Notes: generated by a model from the letters alone, not told the origin. Positions 1-10,502 are shown, numbered from the stretch's first letter. The stretch: 64,000 nucleotides of DNA from an uncultured virus (IMG/VR IMGVR_UViG_3300028194_000749) (IMGVR_UViG_3300028194_000749); one strand, 5' to 3'. Numbers and translations: made by a program.

Positions 1-44
1 CTTATGCCCGTCTACGAGTTATACGAAAGGTATTATCCCAAATC

Positions 45-54
45 TTTAAGTATC
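45..54 (+). promoter_or_regulatory. TATA-like promoter TTTAAGTATC (representative of ~45 copies)
   Basis: 30 nt upstream of ATG 75; same motif and spacing at 3174, 5670, 8895, 15475, 16618, 21600, 21862, 23347, 27165, 29097, 31088, 34227, 35796, 47414, 50003, 51513, 53191, 59114, 60061 and others. Confidence 0.9.
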
Positions 55-74
55 AGTGATAACCAAGAAGATAC

Positions 75-1838
75 ATGAGTGGTTTTATTGTTAGCAATAT
101 CCTTGGAACATTTCATTCCAAGAAGGCCGAAACAATTAAACCCAAAGTATTTACTGCTGAAACTTCTGGAACAGGACTTTCTCTAATCACTTCAAGTGAT
201 ACCTTTAAGGACATCTGGGCTTCATCGACTAAATCAGCACAAGTTTTTAATACCAATCAAACTCGTGCTTACCGATGCAACACAGGTGCAGCCGGCTATC
301 AAGTTACAACAGGCACAGTTGGAGAGGCTAACCAAGCATTTCAGAACTATTCTGCTATAAGCAGCGATAAAATCTCTCTATATGACGATTGTGGCCTAAG
401 CAAAGGAACTAAGAAAAAACTTATAGGTGCTATCAGAATACAACCCAAGTCAGGAGTTAAACTAACAATGAACATTTTGGTGAAAAACTGCTCAAAAATG
501 TTTGATTATATGAAATCAGGAGGTGGCACAAAAATTAAAGATGCTTACCCATGGGGAGACCATCAACCAAATGCAGTAGGTTCTTCTTACTTTAATTCAA
601 GTTGGGATACAGGTGATAATCGTGCTGTTAGAATTACATTAAATGGTGACAAAAACGATTTCATCGAAATAGATATGGACGGAGGAGCCATGTCAAGTAA
701 AAACTTTTCATGTCAAGTTGATGGTGTGTATTATGGAACAAGTTCTCAACCTGATGATATTTGTAATGATGATGTGAGAATTGACATATACTACAAAGGA
801 GCAGCCGCACTTGCTGTCAAAGGTTGTAAAGACCAAAACGCCAACAACTATGATAGTTCCGCTACTCAAGATGACGGCAGTTGCCTCTATACCACATCAG
901 CCATCACTAAGTTTGCAGTTACGCCTAACGAGGTTAAAACTGGTGAAAACATTAACATCTCATGGAACTTAGCCAACTCAAAGTTTAGTAGTATTAAATG
1001 TCTAATGAATGGCACCGACATTATGCCATCAGGAAAACGCTCATCTAAAACTCAAAACTTTAATTATGTTCCAACTTCAGAAGGAACTAAAAACTTTGAG
1101 TTAGTAGTTTATTGGAATAAAGCAGGCACATCCGGAGATGTTAAGTCAGCAAAGAAAAGTGTTAGCGTAGTCACACCAGTTTCTTATATTGCTTGCACAG
1201 ACCCTAACCGAGCCAAAGATGGCAACCAAGAATGTGCTAATTGTAATACAGGATATTATCTTGGTGACGATGGACTTTGCACAACCTGTGATGAACCTAA
1301 CCGAGATTCTGACACTAATGGCCGATGCACCACTTGTTTGAGTGGTTACGCCGAACACACCGATGGCACTTGTCAAAAAGTCGGTTGTATGACTTACGCC
1401 GATGGCACATCTGCATCCGATGATTACAATTATGACCCCGACGCAGTAGTTAATGATTCTTCTTTGTGTCAAGGACAAGAAGAAGATGAGGACCCAGACC
1501 TCGTTCCAGAAATGATTGATTGCGAACTTTCAGATTGGGGAGACTGGTCTGAGTTCACAGAATGGTCTGATGCTGCTACGGCATCAGGCACACGCACACG
1601 CACACGAAACCGAACAATTGTTACAAATGTCAGTGGCGGTGGAGCAACTTGTGGAGAACTTGAAGAAACGGAAACTGAAACTGGCGAGTTAGACCCAGAC
1701 ACGGGAGAAGTTACCACCGTTACGACTACTACTGAAGATGCCACACAAGTAACACCAACTACAACCAGTTCACCCGTAGTTCCGATTATGATTGGAGTTG
1801 CAGCCCTTGGTGCTTTAGCACTACTAATTAGGAGATGA
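75..1838 (+). CDS. Cys-rich surface/adhesin protein with GCxDxxAxNY..DDGSC repeats, Ig-like segment, TSP1-like repeat and C-terminal TM anchor
   Basis: GCKDQNANNYDSSATQDDGSC; CANC/CTTC repeats; DCELSDWGDWS..RTRTR..GGATC; C-term VVPIMIGVAALGALALLIRR. Confidence 0.75.
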   Translation: MSGFIVSNILGTFHSKKAETIKPKVFTAETSGTGLSLITSSDTFKDIWASSTKSAQVFNTNQTRAYRCNTGAAGYQVTTGTVGEANQAFQNYSAISSDKISLYDDCGLSKGTKKKLIGAIRIQPKSGVKLTMNILVKNCSKMFDYMKSGGGTKIKDAYPWGDHQPNAVGSSYFNSSWDTGDNRAVRITLNGDKNDFIEIDMDGGAMSSKNFSCQVDGVYYGTSSQPDDICNDDVRIDIYYKGAAALAVKGCKDQNANNYDSSATQDDGSCLYTTSAITKFAVTPNEVKTGENINISWNLANSKFSSIKCLMNGTDIMPSGKRSSKTQNFNYVPTSEGTKNFELVVYWNKAGTSGDVKSAKKSVSVVTPVSYIACTDPNRAKDGNQECANCNTGYYLGDDGLCTTCDEPNRDSDTNGRCTTCLSGYAEHTDGTCQKVGCMTYADGTSASDDYNYDPDAVVNDSSLCQGQEEDEDPDLVPEMIDCELSDWGDWSEFTEWSDAATASGTRTRTRNRTIVTNVSGGGATCGELEETETETGELDPDTGEVTTVTTTTEDATQVTPTTTSSPVVPIMIGVAALGALALLIRR

Positions 1839-1842
1839 AGAT

Positions 1843-2088
1843 ATGGCAGTATTAACGGAAGGACACAACTATCAAGATTACCTTATTTCAAATACATGGT
1901 CTGCGGATGAAGGCATAACTGCTCAACAACAACCTGCCGACAATATCCCGGGTATGCAAGTTGAACCAACCCCACCGGTTTGGATAGAAGTTATTAAGAA
2001 TCTACCTTGGGTTAAAATTGGATTAGTTGGAATGGGTTTGTTTGGACTTATGCTTGTTAATTCAGGATTATCGCCTGATGATGAGTAA
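1843..2088 (+). CDS. Small membrane protein (C-terminal TM)
   Basis: GGAG SD upstream; hydrophobic WVKIGLVGMGLFGLMLV. Confidence 0.6.
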   Translation: MAVLTEGHNYQDYLISNTWSADEGITAQQQPADNIPGMQVEPTPPVWIEVIKNLPWVKIGLVGMGLFGLMLVNSGLSPDDE

Positions 2089-2121
2089 TCTTTAATACAT
2101 TGATTCGTCTTATTTAATGCT

Positions 2122-2616
2122 ATGACTTCGTGTGCTACTTGTTCTAAACCAGTGAGCCATAGAAACGGCGGCAGGAATAAGTATCATTTGGATTATTGTT
2201 GTCGGTTTTGTTATGAGGTGGCTCAACAAAAACTTTCAGTTAAGGTTGAGAGATTAGGCTTAAATTGTTCTATGTGTGGAACTGGATTTGAGATTACTAA
2301 CAAACACAACAACACCCAGCATTCTAATCTTTGTTCTACCAGATGTCGCAATAGAAAAGATACTCAGTTTGGCAGAAAGTCGCAGAAAAAATATAGTATT
2401 CTTATGATGTTGAAACTTAATGGTAAGTTATCTTCATCAGATTTATCCACTCGTATGTCTCATTCTTTTCCTACGATGTCCAGATTATCATCTTCAGCCA
2501 TAGGTGCAGTTCTTAGACCTTTTGTGCTACGAGGTTGGATTAGAAAAGAAGGTCAAGAATATGAATTAGTGTATGATGTTCCATTAGAGTATTTAACTAC
2601 ATCTTTAATAGACTGA
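2122..2616 (+). CDS. Zn-finger plus winged-HTH protein, putative regulator
   Basis: CATC..CCRFC and CSMC..CSTRC, C-terminal wHTH-like segment; TTTAATA 31 nt upstream. Confidence 0.6.
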   Translation: MTSCATCSKPVSHRNGGRNKYHLDYCCRFCYEVAQQKLSVKVERLGLNCSMCGTGFEITNKHNNTQHSNLCSTRCRNRKDTQFGRKSQKKYSILMMLKLNGKLSSSDLSTRMSHSFPTMSRLSSSAIGAVLRPFVLRGWIRKEGQEYELVYDVPLEYLTTSLID

Positions 2617-2634
2617 TAAGCCTATATCATAGTT

Positions 2635-3168
2635 ATGAGTCGTTTAGAAAATCTCAGATGCTATTTGGCAGGACCTATCGACCACGCCGAAGATGATGGC
2701 GTAGGTTGGAGAAAAGAAATTACTAAGTGGTTGTTAGAAAGAAATGTTACCGTTTTAGACCCTTGTGATAAACCAATTAAAAACACCAAATACCGTGAAA
2801 TTGAGGAAGAAAAAATCAAGATGATGGAACTCAAGAGCACAGGTAGATACTACGAATTAACTCGTCGCATGAAAGAGATTGTCCACATGGATTTAAGAAT
2901 GGTAGATGTTGCCGATTTCTTAATTGTTTATCTTAACCCAAACATCACAATGTTTGGAACAATTCACGAGTTGATTAACTCGCTAAATCAGCGTAAGCCT
3001 ACTTTAGTAGTGATTGAAGGTGGCAAACAACACGCCAGCAATTGGCTCTTTGGATTGATGGACTACAACTTTATGTTTGATAGTTTCGACGATGTTAAGT
3101 CATTTTTGGAACAAATTGATAACGAAACGATAGAGGGAGACCTTTCTCGTTGGGTGTTCTTTGAATAA
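2635..3168 (+). CDS. Nucleoside 2-deoxyribosyltransferase-like protein
   Basis: YLAGPI, W-R, LDP, DLRMVDVAD, GTIHE motifs. Confidence 0.75.
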   Translation: MSRLENLRCYLAGPIDHAEDDGVGWRKEITKWLLERNVTVLDPCDKPIKNTKYREIEEEKIKMMELKSTGRYYELTRRMKEIVHMDLRMVDVADFLIVYLNPNITMFGTIHELINSLNQRKPTLVVIEGGKQHASNWLFGLMDYNFMFDSFDDVKSFLEQIDNETIEGDLSRWVFFE

Positions 3169-3203
3169 TAGTCTTTAAGTATCAAGGAAAATAACCTCTA
3201 TGT

Positions 3204-4778
3204 ATGCCGGAGGAAACATTGGATGTCGAAGCCATTACAGACCTTGCCGAAAAAGCGCAGGTGATTGCTGAAGCCACAAATCGTCTACAAGCAGATGTCT
3301 TAGCAGATTTATTAGATGATGGGCAAGCAAACCTGAGTGCGGGAGCAGATGCCACCACGCAGGATTTCTTAGATAAAGCCCAAGAACAAGCCGAGAAACT
3401 TAAAGGATTACTAACCACTTTGATACCTATTATACTACTACTTGGTGGTGTCGGTGCAGAAGGATTAGGTGTTTTAGACTTAACAGATTGGGGTTCCAAT
3501 TCTATGTGGGAAGATGACCCAAATAACATTCGTCGGGGTTGCACTGCTTATGACGCAGCCAATTATAACTCTAATGCTAACGAGGACGATGGTTCCTGTT
3601 ATTGGAATAATCAACCACCACCCTGCAATCCACAATGGTATTATGATGAATACGGCTATGTAGACGAAACTAATTTAGAAGTTAGATTCGCTTTCCAAGA
3701 CAATGCTGGGTGCAACATAGAGCATTTCGGAGGACACTTCATTATCACTCTTTTTGAAAGCGGAGAACCACAAAGCCCAGTATTCCTTCGCAACATAGAC
3801 TTTGTGAATGGTATTAGTATGGAATATACTTTTGAAGATTTAGCCGAAGGCAATTATCATTACCGAGTAGAGTTCCATGTCGTAGAATGTGAAGATGGTT
3901 CTTGCGAACATGGTGATGAATACTACTTACCATCCAGTCAGCAATTTATTATTGAACCACAGGAAGAACCCGAAGGTTGTGATGCTTATCTCATCAATGC
4001 ACAAGCCTACTTATTAGAGTCTGATTCCGAACAAGACGCTGTTAGAATCAGTGCTGATGTAGACTTGGTAGACGAAGCCGAGAATTGTGATTCGGAACAA
4101 TTTGAAATCACTTGGAGATTGTATGAGAATAATAATCCCGATGTTATCAAATACGAACATCAAACTTTTGAGGATGGAAAAGTTTCGGACCCAGATGGTG
4201 CTGATTACACTTTCCACACTTGGGATGGTGTTTCCGTAGGAACTTATGAACCTAAAATTATTCTCAGACTTAATGGAGAAGTTTTGGATGAGCAGTGGAT
4301 TGCTCATTCTATTGATATATTAGCACCAGAAATCTGGGGTTGCACAGATTCCCAAGCCACTAATTTTAATTCAGAGGCTACTGATGATGATGGTTCGTGT
4401 GAATATCCACCTCCTGAAACTTGTGAAATTAACATATTTCAAATGGATTTATTTACCAATACGACTCATGCTACGGTTAATTTTGATTTAGATTGTGGTT
4501 ATGAACCCAATGAACTTGAAGGTTACAATGTTTCAGTTCAATTTTTGATATATGAAGTCAATGCTACTGCCAATGATAATTCATTACAATATGTAACCTG
4601 CATTCATTATATTCAGGGCTTTGTAGGCGATATTCAAGTTATTGTTTTGGATAATTTTTCCCAGAATAATACCACACACTACGATATTTATTGGTATGCT
4701 GTTTGGATAGATGGCGACAACCAGCAACAGTTTCTTGAACAGAAATGGCTCAATCGAGAGATGAATCCAGAGGCTTAA
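3204..4778 (+). CDS. Acidic membrane-anchored surface protein with GCT..ATN..DDGSC repeats
   Basis: TM at aa ~68-90; two GCTxxxAxNxNxxAxxDDGSC motifs; promoter at 3174. Confidence 0.7.
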   Translation: MPEETLDVEAITDLAEKAQVIAEATNRLQADVLADLLDDGQANLSAGADATTQDFLDKAQEQAEKLKGLLTTLIPIILLLGGVGAEGLGVLDLTDWGSNSMWEDDPNNIRRGCTAYDAANYNSNANEDDGSCYWNNQPPPCNPQWYYDEYGYVDETNLEVRFAFQDNAGCNIEHFGGHFIITLFESGEPQSPVFLRNIDFVNGISMEYTFEDLAEGNYHYRVEFHVVECEDGSCEHGDEYYLPSSQQFIIEPQEEPEGCDAYLINAQAYLLESDSEQDAVRISADVDLVDEAENCDSEQFEITWRLYENNNPDVIKYEHQTFEDGKVSDPDGADYTFHTWDGVSVGTYEPKIILRLNGEVLDEQWIAHSIDILAPEIWGCTDSQATNFNSEATDDDGSCEYPPPETCEINIFQMDLFTNTTHATVNFDLDCGYEPNELEGYNVSVQFLIYEVNATANDNSLQYVTCIHYIQGFVGDIQVIVLDNFSQNNTTHYDIYWYAVWIDGDNQQQFLEQKWLNREMNPEA

Positions 4779-4808
4779 CTTTAAGTATCAGTAATGCTCA
4801 CTATAATT

Positions 4809-5450
4809 ATGGCTAACAAAGGAATGTATGGGGATTATTTCAAGGACTCACAGGTTCAACGACAAGAAGCATATAATTTGCACACACAAGGGAACAAAAA
4901 TTGTATTTTTATCATACAGTCGGGAAGTATGATTATGAGGGGTAGAACCGAACTTTTGGCAGAACTTATGTTTGAGTTCGCCACACTGGATAACGCCTCT
5001 TCAGCCGATGTTTATACCAATGACGATGGAAAAGTGATGTATCTGGGCAACATATCTAAAAAACACCCGTATCTTAACGAACCGATTGCTATACCTTATG
5101 GTGGCGGAGAAGGTTGGACTAATGCTAACATTTTAGCAGGGTTTGTTGAAACCTACAACCACACATTTATTTTTGATGATGGAGATATGATGCCCGAAAT
5201 GGCAGTTGCGATTTTGGAACGAGTGCATCCTGACAAAAGGGATGACTTTAACCTCATCCACATCTCAAATCACTTCAGTCAATCGGACCGTGATGGACAT
5301 AGGATTAACCGATTCATGGATAGAGCAACAGAACTTAACATCAACAACTTCAGTGAAGGTCGTATAACATTACTACCATTTGGCACACCACAAACCCAGA
5401 GTATGAATAATAGAAAATCTTGGACTTTGATAACCTCGCAATTTGAGTGA
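4809..5450 (+). CDS. Hypothetical protein
   Basis: Start re-assigned to the ATG 29 nt after promoter at 4780. Confidence 0.6.
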   Translation: MANKGMYGDYFKDSQVQRQEAYNLHTQGNKNCIFIIQSGSMIMRGRTELLAELMFEFATLDNASSADVYTNDDGKVMYLGNISKKHPYLNEPIAIPYGGGEGWTNANILAGFVETYNHTFIFDDGDMMPEMAVAILERVHPDKRDDFNLIHISNHFSQSDRDGHRINRFMDRATELNINNFSEGRITLLPFGTPQTQSMNNRKSWTLITSQFE

Positions 5451-5455
5451 TTACT

Positions 5456-5659
5456 ATGCGTGACCCAATCCATGTTACTAAAGAAGCAGTTATTGTCGGG
5501 GCAGCCGTTCTTGCTGTCGGTAGTGTGCTAATGATTCTACCCGTTTCGTGGAAAGACCACCCATCGTGGCCTTACCTCGGCACATTTATCGCCGGTTTTT
5601 CTACTCATTGGTTGTTTGAAATTATAGGTGGCAACGATTACTTCTGTCGTCAGTTTTGA
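5456..5659 (+). CDS. Small two-TM membrane protein
   Basis: Two hydrophobic segments; TATA variant at 5426. Confidence 0.6.
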   Translation: MRDPIHVTKEAVIVGAAVLAVGSVLMILPVSWKDHPSWPYLGTFIAGFSTHWLFEIIGGNDYFCRQF

Positions 5660-5699
5660 CATCACAAAGTTTAAGTAGTCGTTTGGAACAATAATCTGT

Positions 5700-6572
5700 A
5701 TGGGTTGGACCGCAGTAGAACCACTCTCCCCGGGTTTCTTTCAAATTGACCCCAGTGTTATTCAATTAGATGCAGAAGGCAACCGTGTTTTCCACGCTGG
5801 AGCAGGAGGGGCAAGCAAGGCATTGATTAAGAAAATCTGGTTGGCTGCTAAACAAACCGTTAAAGATGTAGTGCAAGCCACCATCAAAGCATTCGTTAAA
5901 AAAGATGTGGCTGTTAAGATTAGTGATGAGGTCGGAGAAGACCTCACAGCACAAGCCATAAAAAATGTTGATAAGAAAACATTCCCATCTGGTATGACGG
6001 GTGAAGAGTTATCGAAACAAAACCCCGGAAGTTGGATGGCTGCGGTCAAAAGAGAAACTGGAGATTTGGCTTCTAAGCAAATTGATGACTTAGCCGAATC
6101 TACCAAAGGAGGACTCAAAGAGGTGGTAGGAGAGGGTGGAGAAATTACGCTCAAAAAAGGTGGAGCCGAAGTTACAGAAGTAGGGGTTAAAGAAGTTCCA
6201 GAGACTCTTATTGATGAAGTGGTGCCTGTAAAACCCACAAAAGAATTATCACCCAGAGGTAAAGCACTTAAAGATAGTGCTGACAAATTAACTCAAAAAG
6301 GTTTGTTATATGGTGCCTTGGCAACCACCGCCGTTATTATTCTTTCACCATTGACTGAAGCCTTGGGGGATGGATTCGGTGATGTAGTAGATAATCTTAC
6401 TGGTGAGCCATGTAAAGAAATTGATGATGCTGAAGAGAGGGAGAGATGTGAAGATAAGGCACAACAGAAATTACTCATGGTTGGTGCAGCAGGTGTTGGA
6501 CTTGTAGGATTATTTGGAGCATTGATTATTACTCGTTTAATTCCAAAGGCCAAAACCGACGAGGATGAGTGA
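5700..6572 (+). CDS. Membrane protein with two C-terminal TM segments
   Basis: Promoter at 5670; LLYGALATTAVIIL and LLMVGAAGVGLVGLFGALII. Confidence 0.65.
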   Translation: MGWTAVEPLSPGFFQIDPSVIQLDAEGNRVFHAGAGGASKALIKKIWLAAKQTVKDVVQATIKAFVKKDVAVKISDEVGEDLTAQAIKNVDKKTFPSGMTGEELSKQNPGSWMAAVKRETGDLASKQIDDLAESTKGGLKEVVGEGGEITLKKGGAEVTEVGVKEVPETLIDEVVPVKPTKELSPRGKALKDSADKLTQKGLLYGALATTAVIILSPLTEALGDGFGDVVDNLTGEPCKEIDDAEERERCEDKAQQKLLMVGAAGVGLVGLFGALIITRLIPKAKTDEDE

Positions 6573-7612
6573 AACTTATGGCTACCTTGAAAGGTTGGAC
6601 CTCGCCTGATAAAGCCGTCTTCGGACAATACGGTGCAGGCTCTACTTCGGACAAAACTTATTTGGAATCATCTGTGATTTTGAAAAGAAACGGAGTTACA
6701 CAACCTTCAGAATCATTAACACCAACAGAAGGTGGAAAAGTTATTAACTTTCCTGAAACCTTGAAAGGTGACATCATTCAATGGACAGCAAAAACTTTAT
6801 GTGACAATGACCCAACATCAGACAGAATAAATGTAACTTTATCATATTATGACCCAATCTACATTGGAAAATTGACGAATCGTATTTTAGAAGTCATTTC
6901 GGATGCTGACATGGTAAAAGTTATGCGAGGAGATAGCACAGTTCTTGAACCCTATATCGAGAATGAATTAGATGTTGCACAAGCCATTAAACAAGTTTAT
7001 TCAACTACTGTTATCACAGATTCAGATGGAAAAGCCGCAGGAGAAATACCATTTCCAGAGAATTATTTATTTGCCGACTATATTCTAACAATTCATTATG
7101 GTTATAGTGGCGTAGCAGAAAGAACTGATAAAGACAAAGCCGTAGAGTTTTGGACAGCAGAAGTAGGATTAGCCATTGTTGAAATTGGTTTAATCGCTCT
7201 TTCAGTAGTATTTCCTATTATTGCTCCATTTGCTTTACCTGCGGTAACAATAATAGGTGGTGCTGATATAGCCATAGCAGCATCAATGTATCTTTCTAAT
7301 GGATTTGGAGCCATTGATGAAAATCGCAGAGGTTGTTTATTCCCAGCCACGGGTTGGAATCAAACTTACAACTTTATTTTAGATGAACCAGTGTTAGTTG
7401 AAGTAGAGGACTCCGACACCCCTGAAGAACAATCCGCCATTACTCAAACAATTGTTAGTCAAATCACACCCGAAACTTTAAGCCGTGTTGTATCCATTCA
7501 AAATCAATATGGATTTGGTGGCGTTAGCACAGGTGCATTTTTAGGAATAGTAAGTTTATTCGGAATCGTTGCTGCTGTGATATTATTACGAGGAGGTAAA
7601 AAAGATGAGTAA
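6569..7612 (+). CDS. Membrane protein with C-terminal anchor
   Basis: GTGA overlap with upstream stop; central hydrophobic hairpin and C-term FLGIVSLFGIVAAVILLR. Confidence 0.65.
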   Translation: MKLMATLKGWTSPDKAVFGQYGAGSTSDKTYLESSVILKRNGVTQPSESLTPTEGGKVINFPETLKGDIIQWTAKTLCDNDPTSDRINVTLSYYDPIYIGKLTNRILEVISDADMVKVMRGDSTVLEPYIENELDVAQAIKQVYSTTVITDSDGKAAGEIPFPENYLFADYILTIHYGYSGVAERTDKDKAVEFWTAEVGLAIVEIGLIALSVVFPIIAPFALPAVTIIGGADIAIAASMYLSNGFGAIDENRRGCLFPATGWNQTYNFILDEPVLVEVEDSDTPEEQSAITQTIVSQITPETLSRVVSIQNQYGFGGVSTGAFLGIVSLFGIVAAVILLRGGKKDE

Positions 7613-8696
7613 AACTTTTAATGCTTCCGCAGATATTCCCGGTTACGATGTAGCCATAGACCTTCGTAAAGATAAAACTAAAGAGCGTGACCCGAAAAAA
7701 ATATGTGGTTCTAAGCACGCAGTTTGGATTGGCATACAACCACCACCAGTTGGAGGACCCAATAAGATAATTCCTTTTGAGAATAGTATTGTAGTTGCAT
7801 TTTGGGCTAACGATACCTCTGGAGGTGGTATTCTGGACCCCGGTGCAATTATAGGTGGAATAACTGTCGCCGCAACTGACCCTAAAAAATACCGAGAAAC
7901 TGTGGATAAAGGCCAAGATATTGTCATACAAAATTATGAAGACTGTAAGAAAGAAAATGGATTTTGGAATTGTAAAGGCGAGTTCACAGAAGCCGTAGTA
8001 TTCTCAGGATTAAATCAAACAGTGGGTCGAGCAGGTTCATGGGTAGCAGCAGTTCCTAATTCCGTTAATACAATTGCTAATCATTATGGACTCTGGGATT
8101 CTAATGAACCCGAAGATGAAGATGATGTTTGGTATGACCCTCGTGATTGGTTGGATGCAGAACAAAAGTTTGCCACAGATTTTTTAGGACTGGATTACCA
8201 CAGTGCTGCTGCTATGACTCATAAAGTTTCAGTAGAAATTACTTGTCGTCAAAATGGTAAAACCCGTGTAGTCCATGATACAGAACTTTCAGGCACTTCT
8301 GAAGTTTATGATGGCAATAAACCATTACCCGCATTAGGTTATTACACCATTGATTCACCCGGCGAATGGAAAGTGCGAGTCAAGTCTATTGCATCTGGTG
8401 GATGTGCTGACCCACGCTTAGATGTTGTCGAAACTTTTACTGTTGCCGAACCTTCCACGAACTCTGCGAGTTCTGCGGAAAATCACACCCGGCAAATTAT
8501 CGGACCCTCTGGAAAGACTATGAAAGTTTCACCTACGGCAATAGTTATGGCATCTTCCGAAACAGTAGACAATTCCAGTTTTAATTTGAATCCACCCTTA
8601 GTTGGTCTCACCGCCTCAACTTTGTTTTACTTGGCTTACCGATGGTGGACTAAAGACGAAAGAGAATCATGGCAACAACTTTCTAAGAAGTCTTAA
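7605..8696 (+). CDS. Hypothetical protein with C-terminal TM
   Basis: GGAGG SD; LVGLTASTLFYLAYRWW near C terminus. Confidence 0.6.
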   Translation: MSKTFNASADIPGYDVAIDLRKDKTKERDPKKICGSKHAVWIGIQPPPVGGPNKIIPFENSIVVAFWANDTSGGGILDPGAIIGGITVAATDPKKYRETVDKGQDIVIQNYEDCKKENGFWNCKGEFTEAVVFSGLNQTVGRAGSWVAAVPNSVNTIANHYGLWDSNEPEDEDDVWYDPRDWLDAEQKFATDFLGLDYHSAAAMTHKVSVEITCRQNGKTRVVHDTELSGTSEVYDGNKPLPALGYYTIDSPGEWKVRVKSIASGGCADPRLDVVETFTVAEPSTNSASSAENHTRQIIGPSGKTMKVSPTAIVMASSETVDNSSFNLNPPLVGLTASTLFYLAYRWWTKDERESWQQLSKKS

Positions 8697-8721
8697 GTAA
8701 GTGCTACACATTAGTAGACTT

Positions 8722-8889
8722 ATGTTGTGTCCGATTTGTAATTGGAAAATGACAGAACGCCGTCAATGGAGTTCTGCGGGATTTGCTCTTGGATTATTTT
8801 ATTGTAACGATTGTAAATGTGATGTTTCTATCAAAGCCCCCATCAGTAAAGTTCCATCATGGCCGTTCCCAGATGCCGAAGAAGAATGA
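8722..8889 (+). CDS. Small Zn-ribbon protein
   Basis: CPIC..CNDC; start 30 nt after promoter at 8692. Confidence 0.6.
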   Translation: MLCPICNWKMTERRQWSSAGFALGLFYCNDCKCDVSIKAPISKVPSWPFPDAEEE

Positions 8890-8924
8890 GAAGTCTTAAG
8901 TAAGTCCTATCACATAATCACATT

Positions 8925-9995
8925 ATGTCCAAGAAGAATCTTGTGTTAGTAGATGCAGGATGGTTTGTCGGAAGAAATGCTCGTCATTGGAGTCCCAAGG
9001 GAGGGATGAAGCGAGCACACCGCAAATGGATTATTCGTCAGAAGAAACCAAATCCGTATATGTTCGTCAAGGCTTGCCGAAAGATTGTCTTTAATGATTT
9101 TCAATACCTTGATTTGAGGATGACTCAACTAAAAGTTTCACCTAAGTTCGGCAATTCTGAAGTTATAGTTTGTTACGATGGCATTAACGCTCGTCAGCGT
9201 CGTGGTCTAATCTCCAGTGCTTACAAAGGTAATCGTGCTATTCTTACAGATAGTGCAACTTATGATGCTGAATCTTATGTTATTCACGATTTACGAGAGG
9301 ACTTTCAAAAGTGGAGTATCAATCCCATGCACCCCCGACATGGCTGGACAGGATTATACGATGATTACAAAGAAGCCGATGATTTAATCGCTGAAAAAGT
9401 TTTAGAAGCCTTTGAAGACCCAGACATTGAAAACATTGTTATCTTTACTGGTGATTCGGACATACACCAAATCTATGCTTGGGATTTGCCTGCGGGTAAA
9501 ACTTTACGCATTTCTAATGTGCAAAACATTATCAAACCCACTGATATTGAAACCAATAATAAAATTAAGATGTCACAATTTGTAGATTGGAAGTCATTAA
9601 CTGGAGATACTACGGATAATATCGTTAGCATACCGGGGTTAGGACCAGTAAAAGCAGCCAAACTTATCAATAAATATGGCTCTTTAGATGAGATACCTGT
9701 CGAACAGTTTGTTCGCTATCGAGTTCAAGATGCTGACGAAGTAGCAGCCTTTTTGTCCGATTACCGTGACGAAAATGAACTATCGGCATACCGAGTAGAA
9801 AAGGACTACGGTTATTTTTGGAAATCGTTGGAGTCTAAGAAGCGTGACCTTCTGAGTGTCGAGGAATACGCCTCCATTTCAAGTCTGATTCCTCCAGACT
9901 TGTTTCAGAAAGTAGATTATGGTTCATTGATTCAAGCGAACCGAGTGATGATTCGTCTGCCGTTTGAAATGCCAGAATCCCTAACAACTGATTGA
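8925..9995 (+). CDS. 5'-3' exonuclease / flap endonuclease (PolA N-terminal/T5 D15-like)
   Basis: LVDAG, YDG, YKGNR, EADDLIA, TGDSD, LTGDTTDN, HhH IPGLGPVKAAKLI. Confidence 0.9.
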   Translation: MSKKNLVLVDAGWFVGRNARHWSPKGGMKRAHRKWIIRQKKPNPYMFVKACRKIVFNDFQYLDLRMTQLKVSPKFGNSEVIVCYDGINARQRRGLISSAYKGNRAILTDSATYDAESYVIHDLREDFQKWSINPMHPRHGWTGLYDDYKEADDLIAEKVLEAFEDPDIENIVIFTGDSDIHQIYAWDLPAGKTLRISNVQNIIKPTDIETNNKIKMSQFVDWKSLTGDTTDNIVSIPGLGPVKAAKLINKYGSLDEIPVEQFVRYRVQDADEVAAFLSDYRDENELSAYRVEKDYGYFWKSLESKKRDLLSVEEYASISSLIPPDLFQKVDYGSLIQANRVMIRLPFEMPESLTTD

Positions 9996-10407
9996 GTGCA
10001 TCAGGCAACCAATCTTCCAGATTTGTGCATTCGTGAGGACTAATACCCAAATATCGGTAATTATCCATCTCTACATAGGCTTTTTCTTTAGTTTCCTTGC
10101 GTTTTCTATATTTAGGTGCTGCTTGACGAACCCATTCACTTACTTCTTTCATTTCTTTGGGTCCGTAGTCTAAACCCCAGTATTCAATAATGATGCTATC
10201 AGTAATACCCAATTCAGGCGTAGGTAGTATCACCCAATCAGGAACTATTCTTTTATCTTCTATCCAAAATACAGGTTCATAGACATAGTTTAACCTATGA
10301 GCATACAACCAGTTGTCAATTTTGGCTTCAGAATAACTTTGAACCCAATAACCGGCTTTTGTTTTCGTGCGTTTAGACCCACTTTTATTACGATGGCGTT
10401 TAGCCAT
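9835..10407 (-). CDS. PD-(D/E)XK-family nuclease-like protein
   Basis: SYSEAKIDNWL..YVYE..PDW..IEYWG; own promoter ATTAAGTAGT 30 nt upstream on minus strand. Confidence 0.7.
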   Translation of the reverse strand: MAKRHRNKSGSKRTKTKAGYWVQSYSEAKIDNWLYAHRLNYVYEPVFWIEDKRIVPDWVILPTPELGITDSIIIEYWGLDYGPKEMKEVSEWVRQAAPKYRKRKETKEKAYVEMDNYRYLGISPHECTNLEDWLPDALNQLLGILAFQTADESSLGSLESMNHNLLSETSLEESDLKWRRIPRHSEGHAS

Positions 10408-10427
10408 AATTAGGCTTGAGTAACACG

Positions 10428-10437
10428 ACTACTTAAT
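10428..10437 (-). promoter_or_regulatory. Minus-strand copy of TATA-like promoter (ATTAAGTAGT)
   Basis: 30 nt upstream of ATG at 10407; divergent from the promoter at 10472. Confidence 0.75.
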
Positions 10438-10502
10438 CTCTTCGTTATTTGGCTCAACTATAAAGCAAAACTTTAAGTATCTGCTTAGAGAATAATTAAC
10501 TT

